Part shown: piece after piece, positions 36,360 through 46,350 of the stretch
How positions within the stretch are numbered: position 1 is the stretch's first letter
Layout of the letters: every line of letters starts with the position of its first letter
From: Nitrososphaerota archaeon
GTDB taxonomy: Archaea; Thermoproteota; EX4484-205; JAAOZP01
Direction of reading: 5' to 3'
DNA: 64,000 nt
NCBI GenBank assembly: GCA_011605725.1
Contig: JAAOZP010000004.1
Location: forward strand, 64,001-128,000
Made by a program: the position numbers and the translations under genes
The notes under the pieces: generated by a model
What the model saw: the letters and a program-made list of their open reading frames with translations, nothing else
Databases searched by the model: none
Told to the model about the DNA's origin: nothing

Positions 36360-36730
36360 ACACGGGAAACAGAAACAACTTCCCCCTCCTTAAGGCTTTT
36401 CAACGAGTCGAGTGGAGTCAACAATCTTCCGATAAGAATGGTGTTTAGAAACCTGCAGTCAGGCGAGGCTGAGGTGAAGAAAACCAGCCCCTGGAAGCGG
36501 GGAGAATAACCGACGTCTCCCTGAGATGCTTCTGAAAGGGTTTTTTCAACCCCGATTCTAATACCCATGGTCAGGTAAATGTAAGTATCCCCCTTTCCTA
36601 CAACACCTATCTTCGGAAGGGACCCGCTGAGTGCTGAGAAAACCCTTGGCGAGAAACCCCGTTTAACGCTGAACCTGCAGACGTCAACACTACCCGAAAC
36701 TATTTTTAACTCAAGCACATCCATCGACAT
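36356..36730 (-). CDS. Cyclophilin-like fold protein
   Basis: GVEK…QGDVGYSP…LVFF…IGRL pattern. Confidence 0.65.
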   Translation of the reverse strand: MSMDVLELKIVSGSVDVCRFSVKRGFSPRVFSALSGSLPKIGVVGKGDTYIYLTMGIRIGVEKTLSEASQGDVGYSPRFQGLVFFTSASPDCRFLNTILIGRLLTPLDSLKSLKEGEVVSVSRV

Positions 36731-36948
36731 AAAAGTTTAACAGAAGCCTCCAGCAGGGTATTAATAAGGCTTATGCCAAGTTTGGAGAAACCCTTAGCAA
36801 CCCTTTTTCTCAACCTAAGAGCGTTAGCGCGCGAGCTTCTGAAGCCGAGGCTTTACGCTTTCAACCGCTTCTGCTGGTTCAGGCACGCTAACTATCTAAG
36901 CATGGACGATTCATACATTATTTTTAAAACAAGCGTGCTAGGAAGTGT

Positions 36949-37428
36949 GTGGGAATCCAGATGGCTAGAGGTGGAGGAGAAATCCGTAGAAGACTCATGG
37001 AACTGGTGGAGAAGTTCAGGGAAAAAGGTGCACTTAGCCCTGAGAAAGCTTTGACCGCCCAAGAGTTGGGGTTGCCACCCTGGTTTGAGCAGGCTATGCA
37101 TCGAAGACTCGGCCAGCTAGGGATATTTGTTGAAGTTAATGGCAAATACTATCTTGATGAGGATAGGCTCAGAAAAATACAAGAGAGATATTTTAAAACC
37201 GAATATGGAGGCAGGACGCATAGCTGGTCTCGTTACCTATGGGTTCTCTTGATGTTGCCCATTGGACTCATAGTTTCACTTGCAATCTTCTACCTCCTGG
37301 TCTTGAGTGGAGCTAGGTTTTTCCCAGGGGAATTCCTGATGATTTTAACTATTGTCATGGTTGTTGTAGCCGTAATAAGAATTCTCTACTGGAGGTCGAG
37401 AAGGAGATATTGGCCTGGACAATGGTGA
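36949..37428 (+). CDS. Membrane protein with N-terminal wHTH-like domain and two TMs
   Basis: FREKGALSPEKALTAQELGL…GKYYLDE, then two hydrophobic helices. Confidence 0.7.
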   Translation: MGIQMARGGGEIRRRLMELVEKFREKGALSPEKALTAQELGLPPWFEQAMHRRLGQLGIFVEVNGKYYLDEDRLRKIQERYFKTEYGGRTHSWSRYLWVLLMLPIGLIVSLAIFYLLVLSGARFFPGEFLMILTIVMVVVAVIRILYWRSRRRYWPGQW

Positions 37429-37706
37429 GGAGAACATCAAGAGCAGGAGGAGTATTTAAGTTTAGTTGGCTATAAATGGACAAAAATCCGGTTTAGTGGT
37501 GCTACTGCTTTGGAAACATATTTTAGTGGTGCCTCGGCTTTCCTGAACCCCCCAAAGTATCCAGATAGTAAAAGCGAGTATATTAATGGATATGTTCAAT
37601 TTGAATCTAACTTTATCCCTGATCCATAGGCGTGGCTTAAAAACCAAATTCTAAACTTCTTTTTAACGCACGCTAACCTTCATACCCTCGAGGAGGTTGA
37701 AAAGGC

Positions 37707-37871
37707 TTGAGGATAGGCAGGTGTGCTAGATGCGGAAGAGAGCTTAAGCGGGGGGAGCCTAGGATCAGGGTGATTCTGAAGAACGGCAGGGAGGTCAACA
37801 AGACCTATTGCATGAGATGCTTCGACAGGGTCTCCAGAATCCACAGAGGTAACATTAATAAGGAAAAGTAA
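37707..37871 (+). CDS. Small zinc-finger protein (54 aa), not in the ORF track
   Basis: MRIGRCARCGRELKRGEPRIRVILKNGREVNKTYCMRCFDRVSRIHRGNINKEK; AGGAGG ~10 nt upstream of TTG. Confidence 0.7.
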   Translation: MRIGRCARCGRELKRGEPRIRVILKNGREVNKTYCMRCFDRVSRIHRGNINKEK

Positions 37872-37889
37872 ACCATAATAAGGCTTAGG

Positions 37890-38120
37890 GTGGTCGGGTT
37901 GCTCATACTCATAGGGCCTCCAGATTCTGAGGAAAGGTTGAAACACTTGGAGAGAGAGAAGGAAAGACTTGAAAAAGAGTATGAGGATCTTCAGAAAAAA
38001 TTTGAGGAGGGTAAAATAAGTAAGGAGGAGTACGAGAAGAGGAAGCACGATATCGAGAGGGAGTTCGTAGAGGTCATGGACAGGATAGTTCAGTATAAGG
38101 CTTTTTCAAGCGGCTTTTAG
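37890..38120 (+). CDS. Small coiled-coil/SHOCT-like protein
   Basis: KFEEGKISKEEYEKRK. Confidence 0.65.
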   Translation: MVGLLILIGPPDSEERLKHLEREKERLEKEYEDLQKKFEEGKISKEEYEKRKHDIEREFVEVMDRIVQYKAFSSGF

Positions 38121-38282
38121 GGTTTTCAGAGGATTTTCTAATGCATGCTAGCGGTGGGCCCTCTGGAGACAAGAAAAGCAGGCTTTCAACTACCAATAAC
38201 TGGAGAACACTAGCTTAAAGGCCTGCTTTAACCGATTCTGGTTTAGAAAGGCTTAAAAATGGGTTTTTTAAGCTAGAGAGCG

Positions 38283-39914
38283 GTGAGTAAAATGAGCTCC
38301 TCGCAAGTAAAGGTTATTCCCTCCATAATTCTGAAAGAGGGAAGCAGGAGGAGCTTTGAAAAGGAGGCTCAGCTTTACAATCTTCTGGCTTCAGAAGTGA
38401 TTTTCGAAACAGTTAAGTCAGCCCTAGGTCCCCTGGGCTACAAAAAAATCCTTGTAGATACTTTCGGCGACACTACGATAACGGGCGACGGGGCGACGAT
38501 AATGAGCGAGCTGGAGGTTGAGCATCCTGCTGCAAAGCTGATTGTGGACGCGGCTAAGTCTCAGAGTAAGGAGGTTGGTGACGGGGTTACAAGTCTAGTA
38601 GTGTTGACCCATTTAATGTTTAAGGAAGCCGATTCCTTGATGAAGATTGGAATACATCCCTCGCTAATACTCGACACGTACACGGAGGGAATTAGGAGAG
38701 GGCTGGACGCTTTGAAGAGCGAGCTTGCCATCAGGATCGACCCGGGAAATCCTGATGTTTTAAGGAAAACAGTGTTGTCTACAATACCCTTATCGCTGAA
38801 CACGGGGGTAAGAGAGAAGCTTGCCGGCATATCTGTGGAAGCGGTTAAGAGAATAATTGAGAAAGGAGTTGAGAACACCAGGGTTTTCGACGAATTCTTG
38901 AAAACCGAGAAGAAGAGCGGTGGTTCTATTATGGACACTCAGCTGGTTGAAGGTGTTGCGCTCGACAAGGAGATTGTTCACCCAGACATGCCTAAAAGGG
39001 TTGAGAACGCTAGAATAGCCCTATTAGATATGCCGATTGAAGTTAAGAAGACTGAGACAGATGAGAGGCTGAAATTCAGCGATGCGAGGATGATCAGGGA
39101 ATTCCTCAAGACGGAACAGAAGATGATGAGTGAGATTGTTAACAAGCTGTCGGAGTTGAAAGTTAACGTGGTTTTCGTCCAGAAGGGTATAGATGACTAT
39201 GCTCAATATCTCTTAGCGAAGAAGGGGATCATGAGCCTTAGGAGGGTTAAGAAATCAGACATGGAGAAGCTCGCGCTCGCCACCGGGGCGAAAATCGTTA
39301 GTGTTCTGGAAGACTTGACTGAAGATAAGCTTGGTTTCGCAGGAATCGTGGAGGAGCGGAAAACAGGTGGAGAAAAATGGACGTTTGTAGAGAATGTTCC
39401 GAATAAAGCGGTTCACACAATTCTAGTGAGAGGAGAGAACGATAAGATTGTTGATGAAGCAGAGAGGATTGTTAAGAATTGCATCTCAGTTCAGAGGGCG
39501 CTTGTCGAGGAACCCTACGTGCTGCCGGGTGGAGGAGCAGCCGAAGTATTCCTCTCACGTAAACTCGCTGAAATGGCTAAGGGAGGGAAGGAAGGCATCG
39601 TGCTCGAATCATTAAGCAGGGTGTTCGACTCGTACGTGAAGCAGCTCGTAGCAAATTCAGGAGGAGACCCGGACGAGGTTTTAACCGAGCTTAAGGCAAG
39701 GCATGCTAACGGGAAGAAGACAGCCGGCTTCGACGCTTTGAGTGGAAGAATAGCAGACGTTGCTGAAAAAGGTATTTTCGACTCTTACAAGGTTAAGAGG
39801 ATGGCTTACCTAGCTGCACTTGAAACAGCAGCCATTCTTCTTAGAGTGGATGATGTAATCATGGCTGCCAGAATGAAGCCTCCGAAGAGCAAGGAAGGCG
39901 GGGCGGAGGAGTAG
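38283..39914 (+). CDS. Group II chaperonin (thermosome) subunit with divergent ATPase motifs
   Basis: LGPLG, DGATI, GDG, LPGGGAAE, ILLRVDDVI. Confidence 0.95.
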   Translation: MSKMSSSQVKVIPSIILKEGSRRSFEKEAQLYNLLASEVIFETVKSALGPLGYKKILVDTFGDTTITGDGATIMSELEVEHPAAKLIVDAAKSQSKEVGDGVTSLVVLTHLMFKEADSLMKIGIHPSLILDTYTEGIRRGLDALKSELAIRIDPGNPDVLRKTVLSTIPLSLNTGVREKLAGISVEAVKRIIEKGVENTRVFDEFLKTEKKSGGSIMDTQLVEGVALDKEIVHPDMPKRVENARIALLDMPIEVKKTETDERLKFSDARMIREFLKTEQKMMSEIVNKLSELKVNVVFVQKGIDDYAQYLLAKKGIMSLRRVKKSDMEKLALATGAKIVSVLEDLTEDKLGFAGIVEERKTGGEKWTFVENVPNKAVHTILVRGENDKIVDEAERIVKNCISVQRALVEEPYVLPGGGAAEVFLSRKLAEMAKGGKEGIVLESLSRVFDSYVKQLVANSGGDPDEVLTELKARHANGKKTAGFDALSGRIADVAEKGIFDSYKVKRMAYLAALETAAILLRVDDVIMAARMKPPKSKEGGAEE

Positions 39915-39948
39915 AAATGGCCTTTAACAAGGAAGCTGAAGCTAAACA

Positions 39949-40230
39949 TTGAGCATCTCCTCTTTAAAAAACAGTATCGAGAAGAGAATTGAAGTTTCCA
40001 AAAAAAGATTAACAAAGTTTGAGAAGGCGAGGATAATAGGTTTAAGGGCTCTTGAACTATCTCTAGGCGCGCCCCCTTTGATACCTATTGATCAGGGTAG
40101 TAGGCTGAGTGCTGCCGAAATAGCAACGCAAGAAGTTGAGAGAAAGATTCTACCGCTGATAATCGGTAGAAGGATGCCTGACGGAAGCTATGTTTACGTG
40201 CCGTTAAGCGACTTGGAAATAGAGGATTAA
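39949..40230 (+). CDS. rpoK: RNA polymerase subunit K/Rpo6
   Basis: LTKFEKARIIGLRALELSLGAP. Confidence 0.93.
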   Translation: MSISSLKNSIEKRIEVSKKRLTKFEKARIIGLRALELSLGAPPLIPIDQGSRLSAAEIATQEVERKILPLIIGRRMPDGSYVYVPLSDLEIED

Positions 40231-40353
40231 AATCGCGTTTAAGGCTGACGAGCATTAAGCAGGCTTTATTAATGCTTTATACCAGCAGGCAGAAAGATTT
40301 TTATTCAAGCTATTTAACCCTCCCTACGCAAAGAGGAGGTGTAAAAGTAAACC

Positions 40354-40650
40354 ATGTGCGCACAAACTACTGGACCGGCTCCTAACGTGGTGCTCATAGG
40401 CAAGAAGCCAGCACTAGTATACGCGGTTGCTGCATTAATGCAGCTAACGTCTGAACAAAACGAGGTTACTTTGAAGGCTAGAGGGAGAGCAATATCGAAG
40501 GCTGTAGACGTTGTGGAGATACTTAAGAGAAGGTTCCTTGGGAACCAGATGGTTCTGAAAAACATTCAGATAGGTACGGAGACGTTCCAGACACCGGACA
40601 ACAGGCAAAGGTTCATCTCGACGATAGAGATAACTGTTTCAAAAGCTTAA
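40354..40650 (+). CDS. albA: Chromatin protein Alba
   Basis: IGKKP, KARGRAISKAVDVVE, IGTE, STIEI. Confidence 0.96.
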   Translation: MCAQTTGPAPNVVLIGKKPALVYAVAALMQLTSEQNEVTLKARGRAISKAVDVVEILKRRFLGNQMVLKNIQIGTETFQTPDNRQRFISTIEITVSKA

Positions 40651-40710
40651 GAAACCTAGCGGACACAACCATCATTTATGTTTTTTAACGTTTCAATTCA
40701 GTTCCAGACT

Positions 40711-41208
40711 TTAACGAAGTTTCTTAACCATAAGCAACCCGGATGTTCCATCAAGATAATAATGAGGAATCTCGCGGACGACATGATAGCCGAGCGACTT
40801 GTAAAGCCTAATCGCCTTCTCATTATTAACTCTTACTTCGAGGAAGCTTTCGTCGATGGAGTTGCGAACCATCTCGTTCAACACGGTGTTCATAAGAGTT
40901 TTTCCTATTCCTCTTCCGTGAAACTGCCTTTTAACGGCTAAGCTTACCACGTGACCCTTTCTCACTATGTTGAAGCCTCCTTCAGAAGGGAAGCCTGTTT
41001 CTATCCTACACATTACATATCCAATAACTTCACCAGTTTTAGTTAGAACCGCCACGAGGAAATAGTTTGGAAACCTTTCGAGCAGATCCATGAAGAAGGA
41101 GGGCGGATAGTTTTCAGGGAGCTCCAGCCGGTTTATCTCAATAACGCTCGGAATATGCTCCGGCTCCGCATACTTAATGACTACCTCGTCTGTCAAGGCG
41201 GCAACCAT
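40711..41208 (-). CDS. RimI/Ard1 N-terminal acetyltransferase
   Basis: LPENY, GHVVSLAV, GRGIG, LEVRVNN, YYLDG. Confidence 0.93.
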   Translation of the reverse strand: MVAALTDEVVIKYAEPEHIPSVIEINRLELPENYPPSFFMDLLERFPNYFLVAVLTKTGEVIGYVMCRIETGFPSEGGFNIVRKGHVVSLAVKRQFHGRGIGKTLMNTVLNEMVRNSIDESFLEVRVNNEKAIRLYKSLGYHVVREIPHYYLDGTSGLLMVKKLR

Positions 41209-41248
41209 TTTTCCGTGTTCTCTGAGCACAGCAGCATCTTTAAAACCA

Positions 41249-42271
41249 TTATGCTTCCTCTTTAAGCATGTTTTCAAGGCTTTCATATTGCAAAACAGTG
41301 AAGCAGGCGTGTGTTACAACACCCGTCTTCGAGCCCTTTGGGAGAAACAGGCGGGAAGCCTTGTAGGCGTCGAGAAGAGTATCGTGAGCCCGGCAGTCTA
41401 GGACTGTTCTAAGGAGAGACTCGGGAATCGCTGAAACCACGTGCACAGTCTTCCCGTTTAAAAGCTTCCTGCAGAAGCCGATATACTTGACTATCAGAGG
41501 GGAATCAGCCGTGACTTTTTCAGCAACCATGAGGGGAGATATTCCTAGTCCCTTCGACCCTTCAATAGCAAGTATAATCCTGTCGAACTCTATACCTTGC
41601 AAGCAGTTGGGAATCACGGCCATCGCCCTGCTTAAAGACTCGTCGAAAGGACTTCCACCAGCCGACAGTACCAGAACCTGGATGGGGGTTGAAATCGACG
41701 TTGCGAACTCTGCTTGAACACTTTTTAAAGTCTCGTAAGCTTCAACAGGGCTTTGTGAAAGAACCCTGGGACCGCTGGCCAGTGTAATGAGAATAAGGAT
41801 CTTCAGGTCAATATTGTTGCAAAGCTCTTTTAAAAAAGGTTTTAAATCGATTTTTCCACCCGTCTCAGCTGCTTCAATAAACTCTGATGTGAACTTCCTC
41901 CAAATCTCAGGGTAAAGCGGGAAAAGATTCTCACCCAAACCTCTAAACCCTATTAAGGGATCAGGATGTGGACAGCTCACAAGGCAGGCTGACCTTACGG
42001 AGTCAGGGATCGTTGAAGTAGGGTTTAAAAAATCGAAGCTTAACAACTCCCTGGAGCCCACGGTGATATTCTCCTTAAACACAGGAGGAAGTGTTGGGTC
42101 CAACAGTAGATCAGCCTCATTACTTAAAGAATCTTTCAGAGTGTTCTTTAAGGATGAAACCAGCATGGAGTAATCAGATACGGGTTCCCTTGGCACGACC
42201 CAAGCTAAATCATCAGGGTCAATCCTGATGCTTATGCTTGTCGACCCATATGGCAACCAGATTGCCGGCAA
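41249..42271 (-). CDS. Divergent LarA (lactate racemase)-like domain protein
   Basis: WLPYG N-terminus, PHPDPLIGFRG, SAGGSPFDESL. Confidence 0.55.
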   Translation of the reverse strand: MPAIWLPYGSTSISIRIDPDDLAWVVPREPVSDYSMLVSSLKNTLKDSLSNEADLLLDPTLPPVFKENITVGSRELLSFDFLNPTSTIPDSVRSACLVSCPHPDPLIGFRGLGENLFPLYPEIWRKFTSEFIEAAETGGKIDLKPFLKELCNNIDLKILILITLASGPRVLSQSPVEAYETLKSVQAEFATSISTPIQVLVLSAGGSPFDESLSRAMAVIPNCLQGIEFDRIILAIEGSKGLGISPLMVAEKVTADSPLIVKYIGFCRKLLNGKTVHVVSAIPESLLRTVLDCRAHDTLLDAYKASRLFLPKGSKTGVVTHACFTVLQYESLENMLKEEA

Positions 42272-42415
42272 CCCTGCTCATCCCTAGTCTTAGAATAGTA
42301 GCGCGGCGCTTTTTAATAACTGTTTACGGTGGAAAGCGGCGTAGAGGTATTTTGTCAACCATTTTTGACATTGCTTGGAAAAAGTTAAATAGGATTGCTG
42401 AATAATAAAGAGCGT

Positions 42416-42850
42416 ATGTTCAGTTGGGAGTCGGACTTTGAAGAAGCGGTTAAGACGATAAATATTTACCGTAAAAAACTTCAAACTTTGAAAACAATGA
42501 GGGAAAGCGGAAAAATATCCGACAAAACGGCGGATTTCCTTATGAAAGAGTTTGAAAACTACGTGAAGTCGATAGAGGCTAGGAAACAAACAGTGATGGA
42601 GAAGCTTGCAAACAGGATGAAAGAGGTTCAGCAGCAGATAGATGTTATTGAGAAGCTGATAGCTAACAATGAGATCAGGTACTCAGCACAGGAGATTACG
42701 GATGAAAGGTATAACAAGATAGCCACCGCCCTGAACTACGCCATGGAGGAGAGCAAGAACGAGTATGAAAGCCTTAAGGAAGCCATGGCGATACTAGAGA
42801 AGCTGCCCGACCTTATGAGTCAAGGCGAGAGCGAACCCTTGGAAACCTAG
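42416..42850 (+). CDS. CdvA-like coiled-coil protein
   Basis: MFSW…KKLQTL…GKIS…EIRY..QEITDERY pattern; lacks the PRC barrel. Confidence 0.7.
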   Translation: MFSWESDFEEAVKTINIYRKKLQTLKTMRESGKISDKTADFLMKEFENYVKSIEARKQTVMEKLANRMKEVQQQIDVIEKLIANNEIRYSAQEITDERYNKIATALNYAMEESKNEYESLKEAMAILEKLPDLMSQGESEPLET

Positions 42851-43179
42851 GGAGAAACCCCTGTTTCCTTAGATACTTTTTCAAGCCTTATGCCCTTGTC
42901 GAACACCAAGTCATATATCTGGTTAATCTGGGGACTCCCAAGAGCCCTATACTCGCTCTCCGTAAGGTAGACGATCAGCCTGGGGCTCCCCTGTCTGGGA
43001 ACGAGCCCAGCCTGCTGAAGACTGCTTAAAAGACCTCGAACCATCTCCTGAGCATACAGAACATCCTCAGAAGACCTGTCGAAAACACCTGAGGGAGCTA
43101 TCGACGTGAAATCCACTCTCACACCCGGCTCGCCCTCAACCTCAACGCTTCCTATGAAAGTTACTTTAACCCTAACCAT
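42847..43179 (-). CDS. Arcadin-1-like protein
   Basis: PRLIVYLTESEYRALG…INQIYDL resembles arcadin-1. Confidence 0.6.
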   Translation of the reverse strand: MVRVKVTFIGSVEVEGEPGVRVDFTSIAPSGVFDRSSEDVLYAQEMVRGLLSSLQQAGLVPRQGSPRLIVYLTESEYRALGSPQINQIYDLVFDKGIRLEKVSKETGVSP

Positions 43180-43291
43180 CTGCCTGTATGTTCACAAACC
43201 CGCTTAATAAAGTTATTTTGGGGCGTGTTGTAGTCACCGTCCGAATATTGGGAAAACCTTTTTAAGCATACCGCATCGGCTCAGCCTCTGA

Positions 43292-44611
43292 ATGGGAATG
43301 GTTAGTGAGAAAGATTTTGAGAAAAACGAGGAGGATAGGAAGAAGGCTGTTGAAACCCTCCTTCAACTGAGCAGGCAGAAGCATGATCCAGATGCTTGGA
43401 AGAAGCTGAAGGAAATACTATACCCTCCTAGAAGGCTGGATGTCGACGTGATTATAGATGACACTACTTTAAGAGAGGGACTCCAGATGGCTGGATTAAC
43501 GACACCGGTGGCTGAGGACTTGGCTGAGATAGGCAGGCTACTCTACGAGATTGGTGTTGAGAGAATAGAGGTTATGACATATACTCCGACTGATAGGGAT
43601 GCGATAAGAATAATGGTTGACAATGGGCTTGAAGGAGTGCTCGCAGGATGGAGTAGGGCTGATAAGCGTGATGTAGATGAAATCCTCAAGCTGGATTTGA
43701 AGCAGATAGGGATAAGCCATCCCGTATCATACTATCATTTCGCTAAATGGCCTGGAGAGCATGTTTATAGTCTAGTGAACAGAGTGGTTGAAACAGTCGA
43801 GTACGCGGTAGACCATGGTTTAAAGGTTTTCGTACACGGTGAGGACAGTACGAGAGCAGACTGGGATTTTGAAAGAAAGTTTGTGAACGCCATTGCAGAA
43901 GCCGGCGCAGAGGTTTATAGAATATGCGATACTTTAGGCGTTGGGTGCTCTCTTCCAGACCATCCTCTTCCAAACGGGATACCTGAAAAGATCAGGTTTT
44001 TGAGAAAAGAGACTAAAGTGAAGAGCCTAGAGATACATGCTCACGACGACCTAGGGAATGCTGTAGAGAACACTATGGCTGCTGTAAGGGCAGCCTCAGG
44101 ACTTTATGAAAAGTTTTACGTCAGCACAACATTCCTAGGAATAGGTGAAAGATCCGGTAATGCTGAAACTGAGAAAATAATACTCAACCTGTATATTCAC
44201 CATGGTCTTCAAAAGTGGAACCTATCGCTTTTAAGAGAGACGGCGAATTTCATAGCTACAGCGCTAAACTACCATCTTCCAACGAATAAAGCGATAGTCG
44301 GAGACTCGGCTTTCGCCCATGAGTCAGGAATCCACTTGCAGGGTATAAGGATAGCACCCGCGATCTACGAGGTTTTCCCACCGGAGTTAGTGGGGCAGAC
44401 GAGGAAGATCATAATTGGAAGGAGAACAGGTAAGCACGGGATAGTTTTGAAGCTCAGGGAACTCGTAAACCAGGATGTTGATGAGGACGACCCGAGGCTT
44501 AAGAAGCTGGTGGAACTTGTAAGAAGCAGCCTGCTTCAGGTTGACAGAAAATACTATTTGACTGAGGAAGAGTTTAAAAAGCTCGCGAGCGAAGCCGGTT
44601 TCAAATTTTAG
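43292..44611 (+). CDS. DRE-TIM metallolyase (homocitrate/isopropylmalate/Re-citrate synthase family), no regulatory domain
   Basis: DTTLREGLQ, HAHDDLG, GIGERSGNA, FAHESGIH. Confidence 0.9.
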   Translation: MGMVSEKDFEKNEEDRKKAVETLLQLSRQKHDPDAWKKLKEILYPPRRLDVDVIIDDTTLREGLQMAGLTTPVAEDLAEIGRLLYEIGVERIEVMTYTPTDRDAIRIMVDNGLEGVLAGWSRADKRDVDEILKLDLKQIGISHPVSYYHFAKWPGEHVYSLVNRVVETVEYAVDHGLKVFVHGEDSTRADWDFERKFVNAIAEAGAEVYRICDTLGVGCSLPDHPLPNGIPEKIRFLRKETKVKSLEIHAHDDLGNAVENTMAAVRAASGLYEKFYVSTTFLGIGERSGNAETEKIILNLYIHHGLQKWNLSLLRETANFIATALNYHLPTNKAIVGDSAFAHESGIHLQGIRIAPAIYEVFPPELVGQTRKIIIGRRTGKHGIVLKLRELVNQDVDEDDPRLKKLVELVRSSLLQVDRKYYLTEEEFKKLASEAGFKF

Positions 44612-46265
44612 AGTATTTCTCCACAATGGGAGTTAAATCCATCTCGAAGCCGGCCGCAGGATTCTCTAAACCGTTCAGCTCCAGCACTTCAGGATGAACC
44701 TCTCCCAGAACTCCTAGTGGATTATTGTTGAAAACAATTTTTGCAACCCTGCTTGGTGTAAACAATGGGTCTTCATCTTTCTCGAACAGGACTGGCTCAA
44801 TACAAAGATTGTTCAGCAGGCTTGACACGACGGACTTAATCTCTGAGAAGGATGCTGAAGAATGCATGGATACTCCTGCGAGAGAGACTCGCGCAACCAC
44901 AGATCCCTCAGAAACTCTTATGACTGGACCGGTTTCAAAAATCCTCTGGGGATACTTCTCATGCTTGTTGAAAGCAAGATTTCTAATCAAACCTGGGAGA
45001 AGAGAGTCCCTAAGCATCGTGAGCTCAAGGCTGGAGGAGTTTGCCAGAGTAGCCCTCTCGCCGACAGGCCTCCTAACCATGCGGTAATTCTGATCCTCGT
45101 TGGTAATCAGGAAGTTGAAGACCTCAGTGTAGCCTAAACCTATCATGATCAGCCTAGCCTTGTCTTGGACAACTGTTTCAGGATGCTTCAAACCTATCGT
45201 GGAAGCCTCGGGATAAGTTGGAGTCAGCCTCCAAAGACCATATCCTATAGCAACCTCCTCTACAAGGTCTACATTATGCATGATGTCTACCCTGTATGGG
45301 GGAACCCCGACTCTGAACACGTCCCCCTCGTTCACCACTGAGAACCTACATTTCAGAAGACTCCTGTAGATCTCAGCATTACTTAGATTCTCGCCCAGGA
45401 GAGAATTAACGTAACTCGCCTCAACACTCATGATCCTAGGGTTGAAATCCGGAAAAGTCTTCTCAGAACCATCGTCGTAGATTATCTTAACCGCCTCAAT
45501 ACTCGCACCCATGTCTTTAAACACGTATAGAAGTATGTTCAGGGCTCTTGAAGCATAATACTCGTCCAGAGCAGTTACATCTATGAAGAGGTTTCTGGTT
45601 TCAGGGGTTAACCGGGTAAGCTCAGAGTTTATTATAGGCGGGAAGGATAAAACCTCCCCGGTTGAATCAACTATCACAGGATACTTGTCGAAACCCTTGA
45701 TAATATGACCGTATTCCAAGCCCTTGTCAACCTCTTTTAAAACCTCGTTTAAAGTCATCCTTCTATCTATTCCAAGCGGCTTGAACGAAACCGCATCGGG
45801 CTCTGCAGCCACATAGTATACCGGGGGCCTAATCTTGTCCAAGTCATGTATCCCGATGGATACCTTACGCCTATTCCTACCAATACCCTGATGTAGGACC
45901 TCTTGAACATTAATCACCTCCTTTAAATCCTCCTCAGTGAGCTCAACATTCCTCACCACCGCTGAGCATAGAACACCCCTGATCCCTCTAAGCCTATTGT
46001 CGAAGTGGAAAACTATATTCGGACTTGAGAAAACAGCTTCAGGATATCCCAATCCAATCTCGAGAAAACCCGCGTACGCTCTGGCAATGCCAGCGTGGCT
46101 CGAGAAATCCGGCCTGTTCGGATTATACTCTATCTTAACGAATCCTTCACCAACATCCTCGATATCTGTCGCAAGCCACGGTAGGTCTTCGACAAGCTGC
46201 TTCAGCCCCACGTCAATCCCGAGAAACCTGCTCAGCCTCTCAGGGTAAACCTCTATCACCGGCAT
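44601..46265 (-). CDS. pheT: Phenylalanine-tRNA ligase beta subunit
   Basis: PNRPD, GIHDLD, SFPPIINS, PPYRVDIMH.VDLVEEVAIGYG. Confidence 0.96.
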   Translation of the reverse strand: MPVIEVYPERLSRFLGIDVGLKQLVEDLPWLATDIEDVGEGFVKIEYNPNRPDFSSHAGIARAYAGFLEIGLGYPEAVFSSPNIVFHFDNRLRGIRGVLCSAVVRNVELTEEDLKEVINVQEVLHQGIGRNRRKVSIGIHDLDKIRPPVYYVAAEPDAVSFKPLGIDRRMTLNEVLKEVDKGLEYGHIIKGFDKYPVIVDSTGEVLSFPPIINSELTRLTPETRNLFIDVTALDEYYASRALNILLYVFKDMGASIEAVKIIYDDGSEKTFPDFNPRIMSVEASYVNSLLGENLSNAEIYRSLLKCRFSVVNEGDVFRVGVPPYRVDIMHNVDLVEEVAIGYGLWRLTPTYPEASTIGLKHPETVVQDKARLIMIGLGYTEVFNFLITNEDQNYRMVRRPVGERATLANSSSLELTMLRDSLLPGLIRNLAFNKHEKYPQRIFETGPVIRVSEGSVVARVSLAGVSMHSSASFSEIKSVVSSLLNNLCIEPVLFEKDEDPLFTPSRVAKIVFNNNPLGVLGEVHPEVLELNGLENPAAGFEMDLTPIVEKYSKI

Positions 46266-46277
46266 AGCTTAACCCTC
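46242..46277. repeat. Left 36-bp direct repeat (pheS stop/pheT start overlap)
   Basis: agggtaaacctctatcaccggcatagcttaaccctc; 34/36 identical to 53340-53375. Confidence 0.92.
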
Positions 46278-46350
46278 TAAGCAATCTAAACAGCGGATTA
46301 TTAATTTTACTGGAATAGTTCAGGTAACTAAAAAATAAGCGCGTCCCACT

